From a virus (lineage: Duplodnaviria > Caudoviricetes): a stretch of 49,745 nt of DNA. Positions 1 to 8,970 of the stretch are shown piece after piece. A model generated the notes under the pieces. That model saw only the letters and a list, made by a program, of their open reading frames with translations. It was not told the DNA's origin and did not search any database. Numbering within the stretch: position 1 is the stretch's first letter; every line of letters starts with the position of its first letter. The DNA lies in IMG/VR virus record IMGVR_UViG_3300049144_000149, positions 1 through 49,745 of that record; one strand, written 5' to 3'. Both the position numbers and the translations under genes were made by a program.

Positions 1-309
1 ATGACCGAGAGACAGGCTACCGTGGTCGACTTCAGCAAGGTCGTGAAGGAGGCGGAGAAGGCCAAGGCGATCCTTGGCGGCCTTAAGGCAATGGTAGATG
101 AGGATGACGATGGGGGCGCGAGCCTCAGCCTGAATGGGGGGCACGTCTGGGCTTTCGATGATCTTGAGGAGGCTCTACGTCTGAGAGATCAGATTAACGA
201 CGCTCTTAAGCCTATTTGCACCATTGTCCGTCAAAGATCCGAAGAAGCTCTTTGGCGTTTAGCTACGGGCCCAAGTGGCCGTCCCAAAGAGGAACCTGAC
301 GTAATCTAG
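1..309 (+). CDS. Hypothetical protein
   Basis: 102-aa ORF from ATG; no motif recognised. Confidence 0.55.
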   Translation: MTERQATVVDFSKVVKEAEKAKAILGGLKAMVDEDDDGGASLSLNGGHVWAFDDLEEALRLRDQINDALKPICTIVRQRSEEALWRLATGPSGRPKEEPDVI

Positions 310-375
310 TCCCTGGTCCCGCTTCTCTTCTATAGGATGATGATGCATAGAAGGCGCAAAAGGGATTGTTCAGCG

Positions 376-564
376 ATGTCCAAGCTCCAGATGCACCACC
401 CCTTCCATGAAGGAAGCCTTGCCAGAGAGTTTGGGGCCAAGCGCACCGACAATCCCTACAACCCGGGAACAGACGAACATTATTTCTGGGATCAAGGATG
501 GAGCGCGGTAGATGATCTCGAAGGCGAGGATAAAGCCTCTCGCAGTCCGGATACGAGGCACTAG
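376..564 (+). CDS. Rmf/CrpP-fold-like small protein
   Basis: F-x-EG-x-x-A...G....NPY......W..GW pattern (FHEGSLAREFGAKRTDNPYNPGTDEHYFWDQGW). Confidence 0.55.
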   Translation: MSKLQMHHPFHEGSLAREFGAKRTDNPYNPGTDEHYFWDQGWSAVDDLEGEDKASRSPDTRH

Positions 565-702
565 AGGAAGTGGGGCCTCAAACCTCTCTTCACCCCTTCA
601 TGCCATGCTTCGGCACGACCTACACCCGCGACACTTCGGCAGCGGGTCTGGTTCTGAGCCGTAGAACTGCGCTATAGGACGGCGGGGTTAATCCCTAGGA
701 AG

Positions 703-948
703 GTGCGTAGCATGGTGCTCGTTTACCCATTGGTCGCTTTGGTCGGCGGCCTCATTAGTTGCGTTCTGCTCTGGCCCTATGGAGCAGCCATAGCCCTTCT
801 CAGCATCCCGTTCGGAGGCAGCCTGCTTGCGCTCCTAGCTGCGATCTTGGTTTACATGCGTGTCTCATCTGAGGCTGAGTCGAATGACAATCATGCAGTC
901 ACTACGGATGAGCTCCAGAAGCTGCAGACCATCGAGGGCCGTCAGTAG
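703..948 (+). CDS. Small two-TM membrane protein
   Basis: Two hydrophobic segments; AGGAAG before start. Confidence 0.6.
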   Translation: MRSMVLVYPLVALVGGLISCVLLWPYGAAIALLSIPFGGSLLALLAAILVYMRVSSEAESNDNHAVTTDELQKLQTIEGRQ

Positions 949-1030
949 GTTCCAAACACGGGCAACTCATGCCTTCTGGGCCACTCACCAGTATTGACCT
1001 ACTCCCGCGATACCGCCGCCATATCCGAGT

Positions 1031-1303
1031 TCACCGGCTATCCGATGAACGCTTACGTCGGAGGCGCTCCGGGACAATCAGCCTGACCCGAACGGTCCTC
1101 CTGGACGCCATGCGATCAAGGCGGTCCTTGATGATATCGGCGCTTTCCGGGTCGATACCCGGGACACTTTCGATCCGGGCGGCGACGGCCGTGAGTTGGT
1201 CCAGGGTAGTGATCTGCGCTTTCTCCAAGGCCCGCCACGCGCTCATGGGCAGGCGAAGACCGTCAAAAGGATCATCGGACGGCTTGTTGCGACGAGGGCT
1301 CAC
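1031..1303 (-). CDS. RNA polymerase alpha-CTD-like (HhH) small protein
   Basis: DGLRLPMSAWRALEKAQITTLDQL...VPGIDPESADIIKDRL resembles the alphaCTD pattern. Confidence 0.6.
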   Translation of the reverse strand: MSPRRNKPSDDPFDGLRLPMSAWRALEKAQITTLDQLTAVAARIESVPGIDPESADIIKDRLDRMASRRTVRVRLIVPERLRRKRSSDSR

Positions 1304-1753
1304 AGCGCCACCAAATCATTCGGGGGCGCGGCCAATCTTCCGACCGTGTTCGCGGCCCCTGCCGACAATGCCCCTATCGATAGGCTAGTGATAATCGATT
1401 TTGCCGAAAGGTATCAATACCTAGGACGCTACTCTTAGGAGAACAGCTCTACCCTTAGGAGACTAGCTCTAAAGACGCCCAGAGGGAGTCTTGTGGGTGT
1501 GAGAACAAGATGCTCACTGATTCCCAAAATCCTGAAGATGCCCCTGCAGACTTGTTCATAGAGTGCCCTCGTGAGGCGCTCTCTTCTTGCACGTTTCGCC
1601 TCTAAGATTTGCATGCGCGATCCGTTCACTGGATCAGACATATCGAAACCGCCCCTGTGCTCACCGGCCAACTCGTCAGCACCCCACGTGTGCATCATCG
1701 AAGGCCGCAGCCTGCCCCACAGTCTCCAAAGCTTGGCCCCATTGCAGCCAAGG

Positions 1754-1769
1754 TTAACTTTAGGTTAAC
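1754..1769 (+). promoter_or_regulatory. CtrA full binding site
   Basis: TTAA-CTTTAGG-TTAAC matches TTAA-N7-TTAAC; intergenic. Confidence 0.55.
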
Positions 1770-1864
1770 AGGCTCCCGTGGGGGCAACTACGGGTCGGGG
1801 GCCACGCCTAGGTTCATTAATAGGATCAGGCGTGGCCTAGTTCGAATAATGCGGAGGGGAGCTC

Positions 1865-2014
1865 ATGATGCAGGCCGCCAAGAAAGCCACACAGGACGGA
1901 ACGTATACGGTCTATGTTCAGGGGAAACCAATTGCGTGGGGCCTCAGCAGCACAGCCGCTGACAGACTTATCGAGCGGCTGCGCGCACCAGCCAATCGGT
2001 CAGCCATGGTCTGA
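1865..2014 (+). CDS. Small hypothetical protein (49 aa, below ORF-track cutoff)
   Basis: GGAGGGG RBS then MMQAAKKATQDGTYTVYVQGKPIAWGLSSTAADRLIERLR... Confidence 0.5.
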   Translation: MMQAAKKATQDGTYTVYVQGKPIAWGLSSTAADRLIERLRAPANRSAMV

Positions 2015-2078
2015 GGAGTGGCAACTTCCAGAAGGCCCGTTTCGCGAAATTCGAGAGGACGTGCTGAGAACAGGATGA

Positions 2079-2474
2079 TCAGGAATGGAGCTTGGGAGTG
2101 GGTGGCCTCTGCCCTGACATAGCCATGAGGGTCTTCAGCACCACCTTCATCAAGTCCTCACGGCTGGTAGGTTTTTCCAGCCAGGGTACGCCCTGCAGCT
2201 CAGAAGGTACGCCGTGACCGATCGGGTATCCGGAGTAGATCACGAACGGGATGGCGTGCCTGTTGAACTCCCCTGCTAGCTCTGTGGCAGGACCGTCCTT
2301 GAGCATGAAGTCGACAATGGCGACGTCAACCATGTTGGCCTCCAGCCAGGCGCGCGCCTCAGCGATGGAACCCACTGTCCGTACGGCGATGCCAGCGTCC
2401 TCAAGATAGGTCTCAATCGACATGGCAATGAGCGCCTGGTCCTCAACGACGAGGCAGCAGGGCTGATCGGTCAT
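2079..2474 (-). CDS. Single-domain response regulator (receiver)
   Basis: LVVEDQ, AIVD(F)MLKDG phosphoacceptor, SGY and LEKP motifs. Confidence 0.9.
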   Translation of the reverse strand: MTDQPCCLVVEDQALIAMSIETYLEDAGIAVRTVGSIAEARAWLEANMVDVAIVDFMLKDGPATELAGEFNRHAIPFVIYSGYPIGHGVPSELQGVPWLEKPTSREDLMKVVLKTLMAMSGQRPPTPKLHS

Positions 2475-2561
2475 TTCTATGCTCATAAGCTCACTGCTAA
2501 AGGAAGGCCAAGAAGCCGGCATTGACTTGAGTTGAGCTGCGCGGCTTCAGGCTGGCGCGCT

Positions 2562-2599
2562 CAAAAGAACTCCCTCGTCGGCTGTGCCCGACGAGGGAG
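2562..2599 (-). terminator. Intrinsic terminator (orphan)
   Basis: Perfect 12-bp stem CTCCCTCGTCGG/CCGACGAGGGAG followed on - strand by TTCTTTT. Confidence 0.6.
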
Positions 2600-3074
2600 C
2601 GTTTCACCATGGCTGAGGACCTTGGTGTGCTAGGGCGCAGATTGATCAGGAGGGATACAAAATCGAACCAATCCACTAAAGCCAGAATGCACTCGTGGCA
2701 GGATTGCAGCCTTCACTCATGTTAATCGGGGCAGGAACTTCTGCCGTCTCATCTCGTAAATTTTTGCCAGTATTCGCGGGCAGTGCCGGCGGGCAAAGAA
2801 GGTGGGTTAGTCTGGGTCTTTACTGAAGCTTAGCGCGGCTGTCGAAAATCATCGTCCGAACACTTCAGAAAGACACACTATCCGGTTCCGTACATGGGCT
2901 TCTGCGAAAAGATCAGCGCCAATCAGCTATCTGCTACGCTTCAATGATTATAACATAGATTAGCGACAGACTTTAATTTGTGTGTCATAAGTGTTTTATC
3001 GTCAGCAACCGATCATAGGCGCTGATGGCTGAGAGATCCTTGTGCTCCCGCCTGTAAATCAGGGGAGCGCCCTC

Positions 3075-3821
3075 ATGGACGCCACTCATCAATTCACGAC
3101 CGCCATCCTCATCCGCAAGCTGGATAGCATCTTCACGCTCACCGATGACGAGCGCCAAGCCCTCGAAATCTTGCCGATGCAGATCGTAGCCCTCAGGGAG
3201 AACCAGGACATCGTGCGCGTGGGGGATCGCCCCTCCCGATCCTGCCTGATCCTGAGCGGCGTTGCCTGCACCTACAAGATGACCGGAGACGGCAAGCGCC
3301 AGATCCACAACTTCTACATCCCCGGCGACATTCCCGACCTGCAGAGCCTGCACCTTCAGGTGCTGGACAACAGCCTCGGCACCCTCACCCCATGCAGCGT
3401 GGGGTTCATCACCCATGAGGTCTTGGACACGCTGTGCGAGCGCCACTACCGGATCGCACGTGCCTTCTGGCGCGAAACCCTCATTGATGGAGCGATCTTC
3501 CGGGAGTGGATGACCAGCATCGGGCAACGCGAAGCCTATCCGCGCATCGCCCACCTTCTGTGCGAGATGCTGGTGCGCCTGAGGGCGGTGGGGCTGAGCG
3601 ACGGCTATAGCTGCAATTGGCCGATTACCCAGGCCGAGGTCGGCGATGCGCTCGGCATCACGACGGTGCACGTCAACCGGGTTCTTCAGGAGATGCGGGC
3701 CGACGGCCTCATCGAGCTGAAAGGCGACCGGCTGAACATTCCCGATTGGGAGAAGTTGAAAGAGGTGGGCGACTTCGAGCCCACCTACCTTCACCTGGAG
3801 AGCCATAAGGCCGCTGCATGA
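3075..3821 (+). CDS. Crp/Fnr family transcriptional regulator
   Basis: cNMP-binding domain (GKRQI..FYIPGD) plus HTH (PITQAEVGDALGITTVHVNRVLQ); AGGGGAG RBS. Confidence 0.93.
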   Translation: MDATHQFTTAILIRKLDSIFTLTDDERQALEILPMQIVALRENQDIVRVGDRPSRSCLILSGVACTYKMTGDGKRQIHNFYIPGDIPDLQSLHLQVLDNSLGTLTPCSVGFITHEVLDTLCERHYRIARAFWRETLIDGAIFREWMTSIGQREAYPRIAHLLCEMLVRLRAVGLSDGYSCNWPITQAEVGDALGITTVHVNRVLQEMRADGLIELKGDRLNIPDWEKLKEVGDFEPTYLHLESHKAAA

Positions 3822-4063
3822 GTTTCACCCTTCAGCCTATCCGCGTTGCGACGGGCTTCGACGAGGAAGGCATGATGGTCCTCGATGAGCAGCAGAGGCT
3901 GGTGGCGGTGCTAGTTCGCCTCTCCGACGACAACGAGGTGGCTCCGAGCCAATGGTACCTGGAAGCAGGCTTTGGCCGCTTGGACGGAGGAAGCCACCCG
4001 CTGTTCTCCAATCTGGACATGGCCCAAGATTGGATCAGTCAGCGCGTCGCAAGAGGATGGTAG
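3818..4063 (+). CDS. Conserved hypothetical protein coupled to the Crp gene
   Basis: ATGA overlap; WYLEAGFG motif. Confidence 0.75.
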   Translation: MSFTLQPIRVATGFDEEGMMVLDEQQRLVAVLVRLSDDNEVAPSQWYLEAGFGRLDGGSHPLFSNLDMAQDWISQRVARGW

Positions 4064-4390
4064 CGGCTTCCGGTTCCATATACGCCTTCTGCGAAATTTC
4101 TAAGCAGCCGAGGAGATCATGGAGACGATGCGGCAGCTGCAGGAAGCCCGTGAGGCGAAGCGGTAAGGCCCGGCTAGGCCTGGGGTCTCATTGGGGCAAG
4201 AATTTGGTCTAGCCGGGCATCGGAGCAGCTTCCGATACGCAAAGGTGATCCTGACCTCCTGAATTCCAAATGAACGGGGGCTGGCCGTTATCCACGCAGC
4301 GTCATAGGCAGGACGTAGCTATCCACTGTTTCCACAGCCTCACCCCTCCCTTGCTCCTGAGACTCGACTCAGCGCCAGCACAAAGATCAT

Positions 4391-4405
4391 GTTCCCGATC
4401 TGTTC
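4391..4405 (+). promoter_or_regulatory. Alphaproteobacterial LexA (SOS) box
   Basis: GTTC-CCGATCT-GTTC (GTTC-N7-GTTC) 12 nt upstream of ATG 4418. Confidence 0.7.
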
Positions 4406-4417
4406 ACAGGAACATGC

Positions 4418-4717
4418 ATGTCCAAGCCGCCCCGCAATCCCCGCCGTGCCTATAATGAGGATGGCACTGAAATCCCTCCCGCTACGGTTGGCTCAACCAA
4501 GGCACAGGGGATGAGCACAGTCTCCGCATTCTGTCAGGCGAACGGGTGTGATCACGATGCCGTTGTGCCTCTCGACGGCTGGCCGGATCAGACTCCGATC
4601 CCGGACATAGCGCTGAAGCTCCGGTGCTCAAAGTGCGGCAGCCGAAGCATCAAGGTCATGCTGAACGTGGTGGATCTATATTCGAAGACGCACGGGACCA
4701 CCTTTACAAGCAAGTAG
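4418..4717 (+). CDS. Zinc-ribbon hypothetical protein, probably SOS-induced
   Basis: CQANGC-x-H ... CSKC. Confidence 0.75.
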   Translation: MSKPPRNPRRAYNEDGTEIPPATVGSTKAQGMSTVSAFCQANGCDHDAVVPLDGWPDQTPIPDIALKLRCSKCGSRSIKVMLNVVDLYSKTHGTTFTSK

Positions 4718-4770
4718 CCCCGCTAGCCTGAGCCAGCGGGGCACTCCGCATATAGGCGCTGCGTGCCTCC

Positions 4771-7668
4771 TCAGATGATGAGGAAATCGTCGGCCGAGAG
4801 TGCGGCCTTGTTTGAGAGTGTGGCAAACTTTACCTGCGCGGCCGAGCCGGTGCCGTCTGCATCATAGTAGAGCGAGCCAGTCGCTCGGTCATAGATGATC
4901 CGGTCCTCTGCACCTTGCGCCCGGATGCCGGCAACAAACAGCTCAGCCTGGATGATCACCCCCTTGGCAGAGCCCGCGCCCAGTCTGCTGAACACCGCAT
5001 CATCCAGCACAATGCGGTCTTCTGATGCCGTGAAGTCCTGGATCACGTCCACGTTGCTGCTCTGGCTCAACTGGGTGTCAAACACGAAACGGTCATTACC
5101 CGAGCCACCATGGAGTGTGTCCTGGCCTGCCCCGCCAAAGAGCCAATCGTGACCTGAGCCACCGCTAAGCATGTCTCGGCCCTCACCACCGTACAGCCGG
5201 TCCTGCCCAGCCCCGCCCGAAAGCCGATCGGCATCTGCGCCACCTTCGACAAAGTCATTGCCGGAGCCGCCAGAGACGGTATCCCTTCCGGCATCGCCGT
5301 ACACCCGATCATTGCCTGTGCCACCCTGGACGTTGTCACGTCCGGATCCGCCATACACCCGGTCCTGACCGGAACCGCCAGACACCACATCGTTTCCTGT
5401 GCCGCCATACATCCGATCATTGCCCTCATCGCCGTAAAGCGTATCGTCGCCGCCCATCCCGTCGAGTATGTTCTGGCCTGAGCCGCGGCGCACGAGGTTG
5501 CCGAGTTCGTTGCCCTGAACGTCAGCGTTGCCGGACAGGGTGATGTTCTCGATGGTGTCCGGCAGGATCACCGTGCCGGAGCCGGAATAGTAAACATGAT
5601 CCACCCCGCTCGTGCCCAGAGAGGGTGTGAGCTGCGCCGGATCCGTGATGGTGATGTCCAGACCTCCCTCAGCGTTGGGCATCACGACCGGACCGGGATT
5701 GGAGTGAGGCGGGGCATTCTCAATGAGGATAGCGTGTTGGCCGGCGATGGAGTCCGCGCCGCCGGGCGCCGGCAGCGTCAGGATGGCATCATCCTGAGCG
5801 GCGTTCCGGATCGTTGCTCCATTGAGGACGAGAGCTGCCGTCGAGTGATAGTCCAGATCCGCGCTGACATCGCCTTCCTGTACCGTGTAGACGAAGGTCA
5901 GATCCCTGGTGCCGGATCCCGAGACATAGATTGCCCGACGATCTATAGCCCCCGTCTCTAGCAGGAGAGACGGGGTGCCCAAGCCCGTGTTTACGGTCAC
6001 CGCCTGATCGAAGCCTACGGTCATGAAGAGGGTGTCACCCGCCTTGTAGCGACCGTCCGGATTCGTGACGTTGACGCCCGTGACAGTCGGCTCCCGGCTG
6101 CTCACGGTGATCGCAATGACATCGCTATCGCTCTGGGCTCCCCCGGCTCCGGACGAGCCGAGATCGCTCGTCTCGATCTGGATGCTCGCGGGCCCGTAAT
6201 AGCCGGCATCAGGGGTGAAGATCATCCCGTTCAGAGCATTGTTGATGTCCGTGAGGCTTCCTCGGAAGGTCACCGTCGTGTCGGCAGCCCCAGTACCTAC
6301 GACGAAGCTCAATCCCGTGGTGCCCGACAAGGTCAGAAGGCCCTGGGCTGACGTTAGCTTTATGTTCAGCATTCCGCCGCCCACATCGGGATCCGAGATC
6401 GTGATGCGATTGCCGCTGGCGCCAGAGAATACAAGGGACGTTCCCCACTCTACTGTCTGGCGTCCTGGAACGGAATGCACTGGAGCGTCGTTGCTGGGCG
6501 CAATCGAGAGTTGAGTGTAAGCAGTCGAAGATCTAACCCAATGCTCGTCCATCACGGAATAGCTAATCGTTCGCGTATGAACTGCTCCATCAGCGCTCGG
6601 CTCATCACCAGCGAATGCGTAGGTTATCGACCGCAACGCAGCCTCCATCTCGGCTGCGGTCCCAACTCCGGCAAGTGACAACACATTGTCTCTCGGGTCG
6701 AAACGAACTTCGTAGGGGCCCGGAGAGCCAACCGTTAGCACGTCGCCCTGAGTAAAACCGTCGATCCAGATGTATGCGCCAACGATGTTGTCGCCTTCGT
6801 TATCGACCACGCTTACGGTGCTGAGTAATGGAAGAGGCAGGGCGTCCTCTGTCCAGGACACCGTGGCAGGTGCTCCTACGAGCTGCGGCTTTGAATTCAA
6901 ACTCAGTGTGACTGCCCTAGCAGCAGCGTCATACGAAGAGGCCCAGACATAGGCACTCAGATCGCCCTCAAGTCGCACAAAAGCTGAGGGAAGAATAAGC
7001 GTGTCGGTGACCGCTTTCCCATTAAGCGTGCTGAAATGCATCCCTTCGACAACGATCCGATCCCCGACACCGAAATCTCGAATGACATCGCCGCCAAGTT
7101 CCCATTCGGTGCCGATGAAGGTGTCGTTGCCTGATCCGCCGAGGAGAATGTCATCATCTTCCCCACCGCGAATCCGGTCGTCACCATCTCCGCCGCTGAT
7201 CTGGTCGCGTCCAGCATAGCCACTGATTGTGTCGTTACCTCCTCCACCCGTAATCTGATCGTGACCGGCTAAGAGAATAGCGGGCAGGTTCGAATTGGCA
7301 TGAGACCACAGTTCGGGATCATTTATAAATTCTGAGAAACCAGACCAACTTACAGGCGGCCTTGTATCGTTCCCGCTCGTTATCTCAAACTGAAGAACGG
7401 CTACTTGCTGGAACGTGCCCCCGCTCTGGATATACGCGCCGATAAAATTGATGCGCGAAGAGTAGGCTGATGACGGATCGGATGGCAAATTCTCGAATCC
7501 ATACCTAACCTGAAGCTGAGGAGATCCCTCGGCATCCTGAATACTTGCGTCAACCGCATTACTATTACCCCCAGGCATGCTGGCTGTGACAGGAATTCTC
7601 CCGTCGCCCCAGAAGTATTCTGTCGAAAACCCGATGGTTGAATGAATTCCAGTAATACGAGCAAACAT
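4771..7668 (-). CDS. RTX (hemolysin-type Ca-binding repeat) surface protein / adhesin, T1SS substrate
   Basis: Many GGxGxDxLx nonapeptides, Ig/cadherin-like repeats (NDAP), C-terminal LYYDADGTG...DFLII signal. Confidence 0.9.
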   Translation of the reverse strand: MFARITGIHSTIGFSTEYFWGDGRIPVTASMPGGNSNAVDASIQDAEGSPQLQVRYGFENLPSDPSSAYSSRINFIGAYIQSGGTFQQVAVLQFEITSGNDTRPPVSWSGFSEFINDPELWSHANSNLPAILLAGHDQITGGGGNDTISGYAGRDQISGGDGDDRIRGGEDDDILLGGSGNDTFIGTEWELGGDVIRDFGVGDRIVVEGMHFSTLNGKAVTDTLILPSAFVRLEGDLSAYVWASSYDAAARAVTLSLNSKPQLVGAPATVSWTEDALPLPLLSTVSVVDNEGDNIVGAYIWIDGFTQGDVLTVGSPGPYEVRFDPRDNVLSLAGVGTAAEMEAALRSITYAFAGDEPSADGAVHTRTISYSVMDEHWVRSSTAYTQLSIAPSNDAPVHSVPGRQTVEWGTSLVFSGASGNRITISDPDVGGGMLNIKLTSAQGLLTLSGTTGLSFVVGTGAADTTVTFRGSLTDINNALNGMIFTPDAGYYGPASIQIETSDLGSSGAGGAQSDSDVIAITVSSREPTVTGVNVTNPDGRYKAGDTLFMTVGFDQAVTVNTGLGTPSLLLETGAIDRRAIYVSGSGTRDLTFVYTVQEGDVSADLDYHSTAALVLNGATIRNAAQDDAILTLPAPGGADSIAGQHAILIENAPPHSNPGPVVMPNAEGGLDITITDPAQLTPSLGTSGVDHVYYSGSGTVILPDTIENITLSGNADVQGNELGNLVRRGSGQNILDGMGGDDTLYGDEGNDRMYGGTGNDVVSGGSGQDRVYGGSGRDNVQGGTGNDRVYGDAGRDTVSGGSGNDFVEGGADADRLSGGAGQDRLYGGEGRDMLSGGSGHDWLFGGAGQDTLHGGSGNDRFVFDTQLSQSSNVDVIQDFTASEDRIVLDDAVFSRLGAGSAKGVIIQAELFVAGIRAQGAEDRIIYDRATGSLYYDADGTGSAAQVKFATLSNKAALSADDFLII
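5090..5470 (-). repeat. Tandem RTX nonapeptide-coding repeats (27/54-nt period)
   Basis: GGxGxDxxY/S repeated about 14 times. Confidence 0.8.
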
Positions 7669-7875
7669 TGTTTCAGAATCCCCTGGCAACCCGGGCGCCG
7701 CAAGTACTAGTTACTCGGAAAGGTTAGGTAGCGAACTGGATGAACTTCCAATCCAAGCAGCTTACGTGACGTTTTAGCCGCTACTATATGTCTTGTCTAA
7801 GAAAATTGTCAGGATGGATAAAGGCGGCCGCGTAGCGGTGCGATAGATAGCTTGTCTGAACAAATCTGGCGTGCG

Positions 7876-8196
7876 TTACCGGTGACGCCCCCTTTCCCGA
7901 TCCTGCGTGTCGAGCGCCTCAGTCATCCTCCGGATCGCTTCTGCAAGGTGACTGGCCTGCACACGCTCCCGAGCCTCGCTGGCGTCACAGATGGCCTCAG
8001 CCAATCGATCGATGGCTTCGGTCATCTTGGTCATGGCAGATGTATCAGCGAACGCCGCCATGCCCACTGACAGAGTGGTCTCTGGTGGCGAGATCCTCTT
8101 GGCTGCATCCCCTGCCCTTGTTCCTCTCCAAGCCGCCAGAAGCGCGATGATCAGCGTTCCGACGGCCACAGCATCAGCGACGGTAATACCGAGCAT
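7876..8196 (-). CDS. Lysis-cassette membrane protein (N-terminal TM plus coiled coil)
   Basis: MLGITVADAVAVGTLIIALLAAW then helical tail; overlaps upstream gene. Confidence 0.6.
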   Translation of the reverse strand: MLGITVADAVAVGTLIIALLAAWRGTRAGDAAKRISPPETTLSVGMAAFADTSAMTKMTEAIDRLAEAICDASEARERVQASHLAEAIRRMTEALDTQDRERGRHR

Positions 8197-8620
8197 CAAA
8201 GCAAGCCCTAAAGAGAGAGAAGACCTCGGCAAGAGCGAGCAGGCCGTAAACAACCGTCCCCGTTGATGCCACTCCGTTGGAGAAGAAGGTGCCTTCAGCG
8301 ACAAGCCAGGCGACTTGCGCCCAAGAGATCGCGCCGAAGAGTGAGCCGAACATGCGGATGTAAGGCGTCGTGGGCCAGCGCCCGTTAATGTAGAGAGCGG
8401 CCAGACGTGCAGCTCCTGTGGCACCGAAGAGCCAGGCCCAGAAGCTCTCCGTCAGGCCATAGCGCTGGAAGGCCACAAACGACGGGCCCGCCAGCGTGTC
8501 GCCCGGCAGGGCGAGGACGAAGCCCCACCCGACCATGACGAGAGCCGAATACCATTCAAGCCCTCGGTCCTGGATGCTGGCGCGGAAGCGGTTCTCGAGA
8601 GAGTGATCTGCCATGGTCAC
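8174..8620 (-). CDS. Four-TM membrane protein, holin-like
   Basis: Four hydrophobic segments; in lysis cluster. Confidence 0.65.
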   Translation of the reverse strand: MTMADHSLENRFRASIQDRGLEWYSALVMVGWGFVLALPGDTLAGPSFVAFQRYGLTESFWAWLFGATGAARLAALYINGRWPTTPYIRMFGSLFGAISWAQVAWLVAEGTFFSNGVASTGTVVYGLLALAEVFSLFRACFDARYYRR

Positions 8621-8970
8621 GCCCCCAACGGCTTCCTCGCCTTCCAGCGGCCATAGAGCGTGGTGACACCGCCGAAGATGCTCATGCCAGCGGTCGTATA
8701 GACCTCTGCGCTGGTCTCTCCATTGGCAGCCGCTGTGCCGATCGTAGCGATGCCGCCCAGGATGGCGAACAGGGCGCCCCAGCTGACACGACTCTTGTAG
8801 AAGGGCTCGTTGTTGGTCAGGTGCTCAATAACCGGGGCGACCGCATTCGCCACCTCCTGGCGGACAGCAGGAGCCTCAGCCGACGTGACGGTGGTCTGAG
8901 GAGAGGCAATGAGCCTGTCCAAGACCTTGTTGGCGAGAGAGCCGACGATGGGAATGAGCAGCGGGTTCAT
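8617..8970 (-). CDS. Putative holin
   Basis: PFYKSRVSWG then two TM segments and basic C-terminus; directly follows endolysin. Confidence 0.6.
   Translation of the reverse strand: MNPLLIPIVGSLANKVLDRLIASPQTTVTSAEAPAVRQEVANAVAPVIEHLTNNEPFYKSRVSWGALFAILGGIATIGTAAANGETSAEVYTTAGMSIFGGVTTLYGRWKARKPLGA

Noticed and set aside
1435-1698. 87-aa - strand ORF
   Set aside because: Weak start context, atypical codons, no motif
2734-2760. GGAAC-N16-CGTAA EcfG-like promoter
   Set aside because: Imperfect -10 and far from the Crp start; not supportable
5090-5470. Periodic repeats resembling a CRISPR array
   Set aside because: Degenerate coding RTX repeats with no spacers or cas genes
1-7850. attL / tRNA integration site
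   Set aside because: No tRNA found, and the window ends at the int stop so no att repeat pair can be compared
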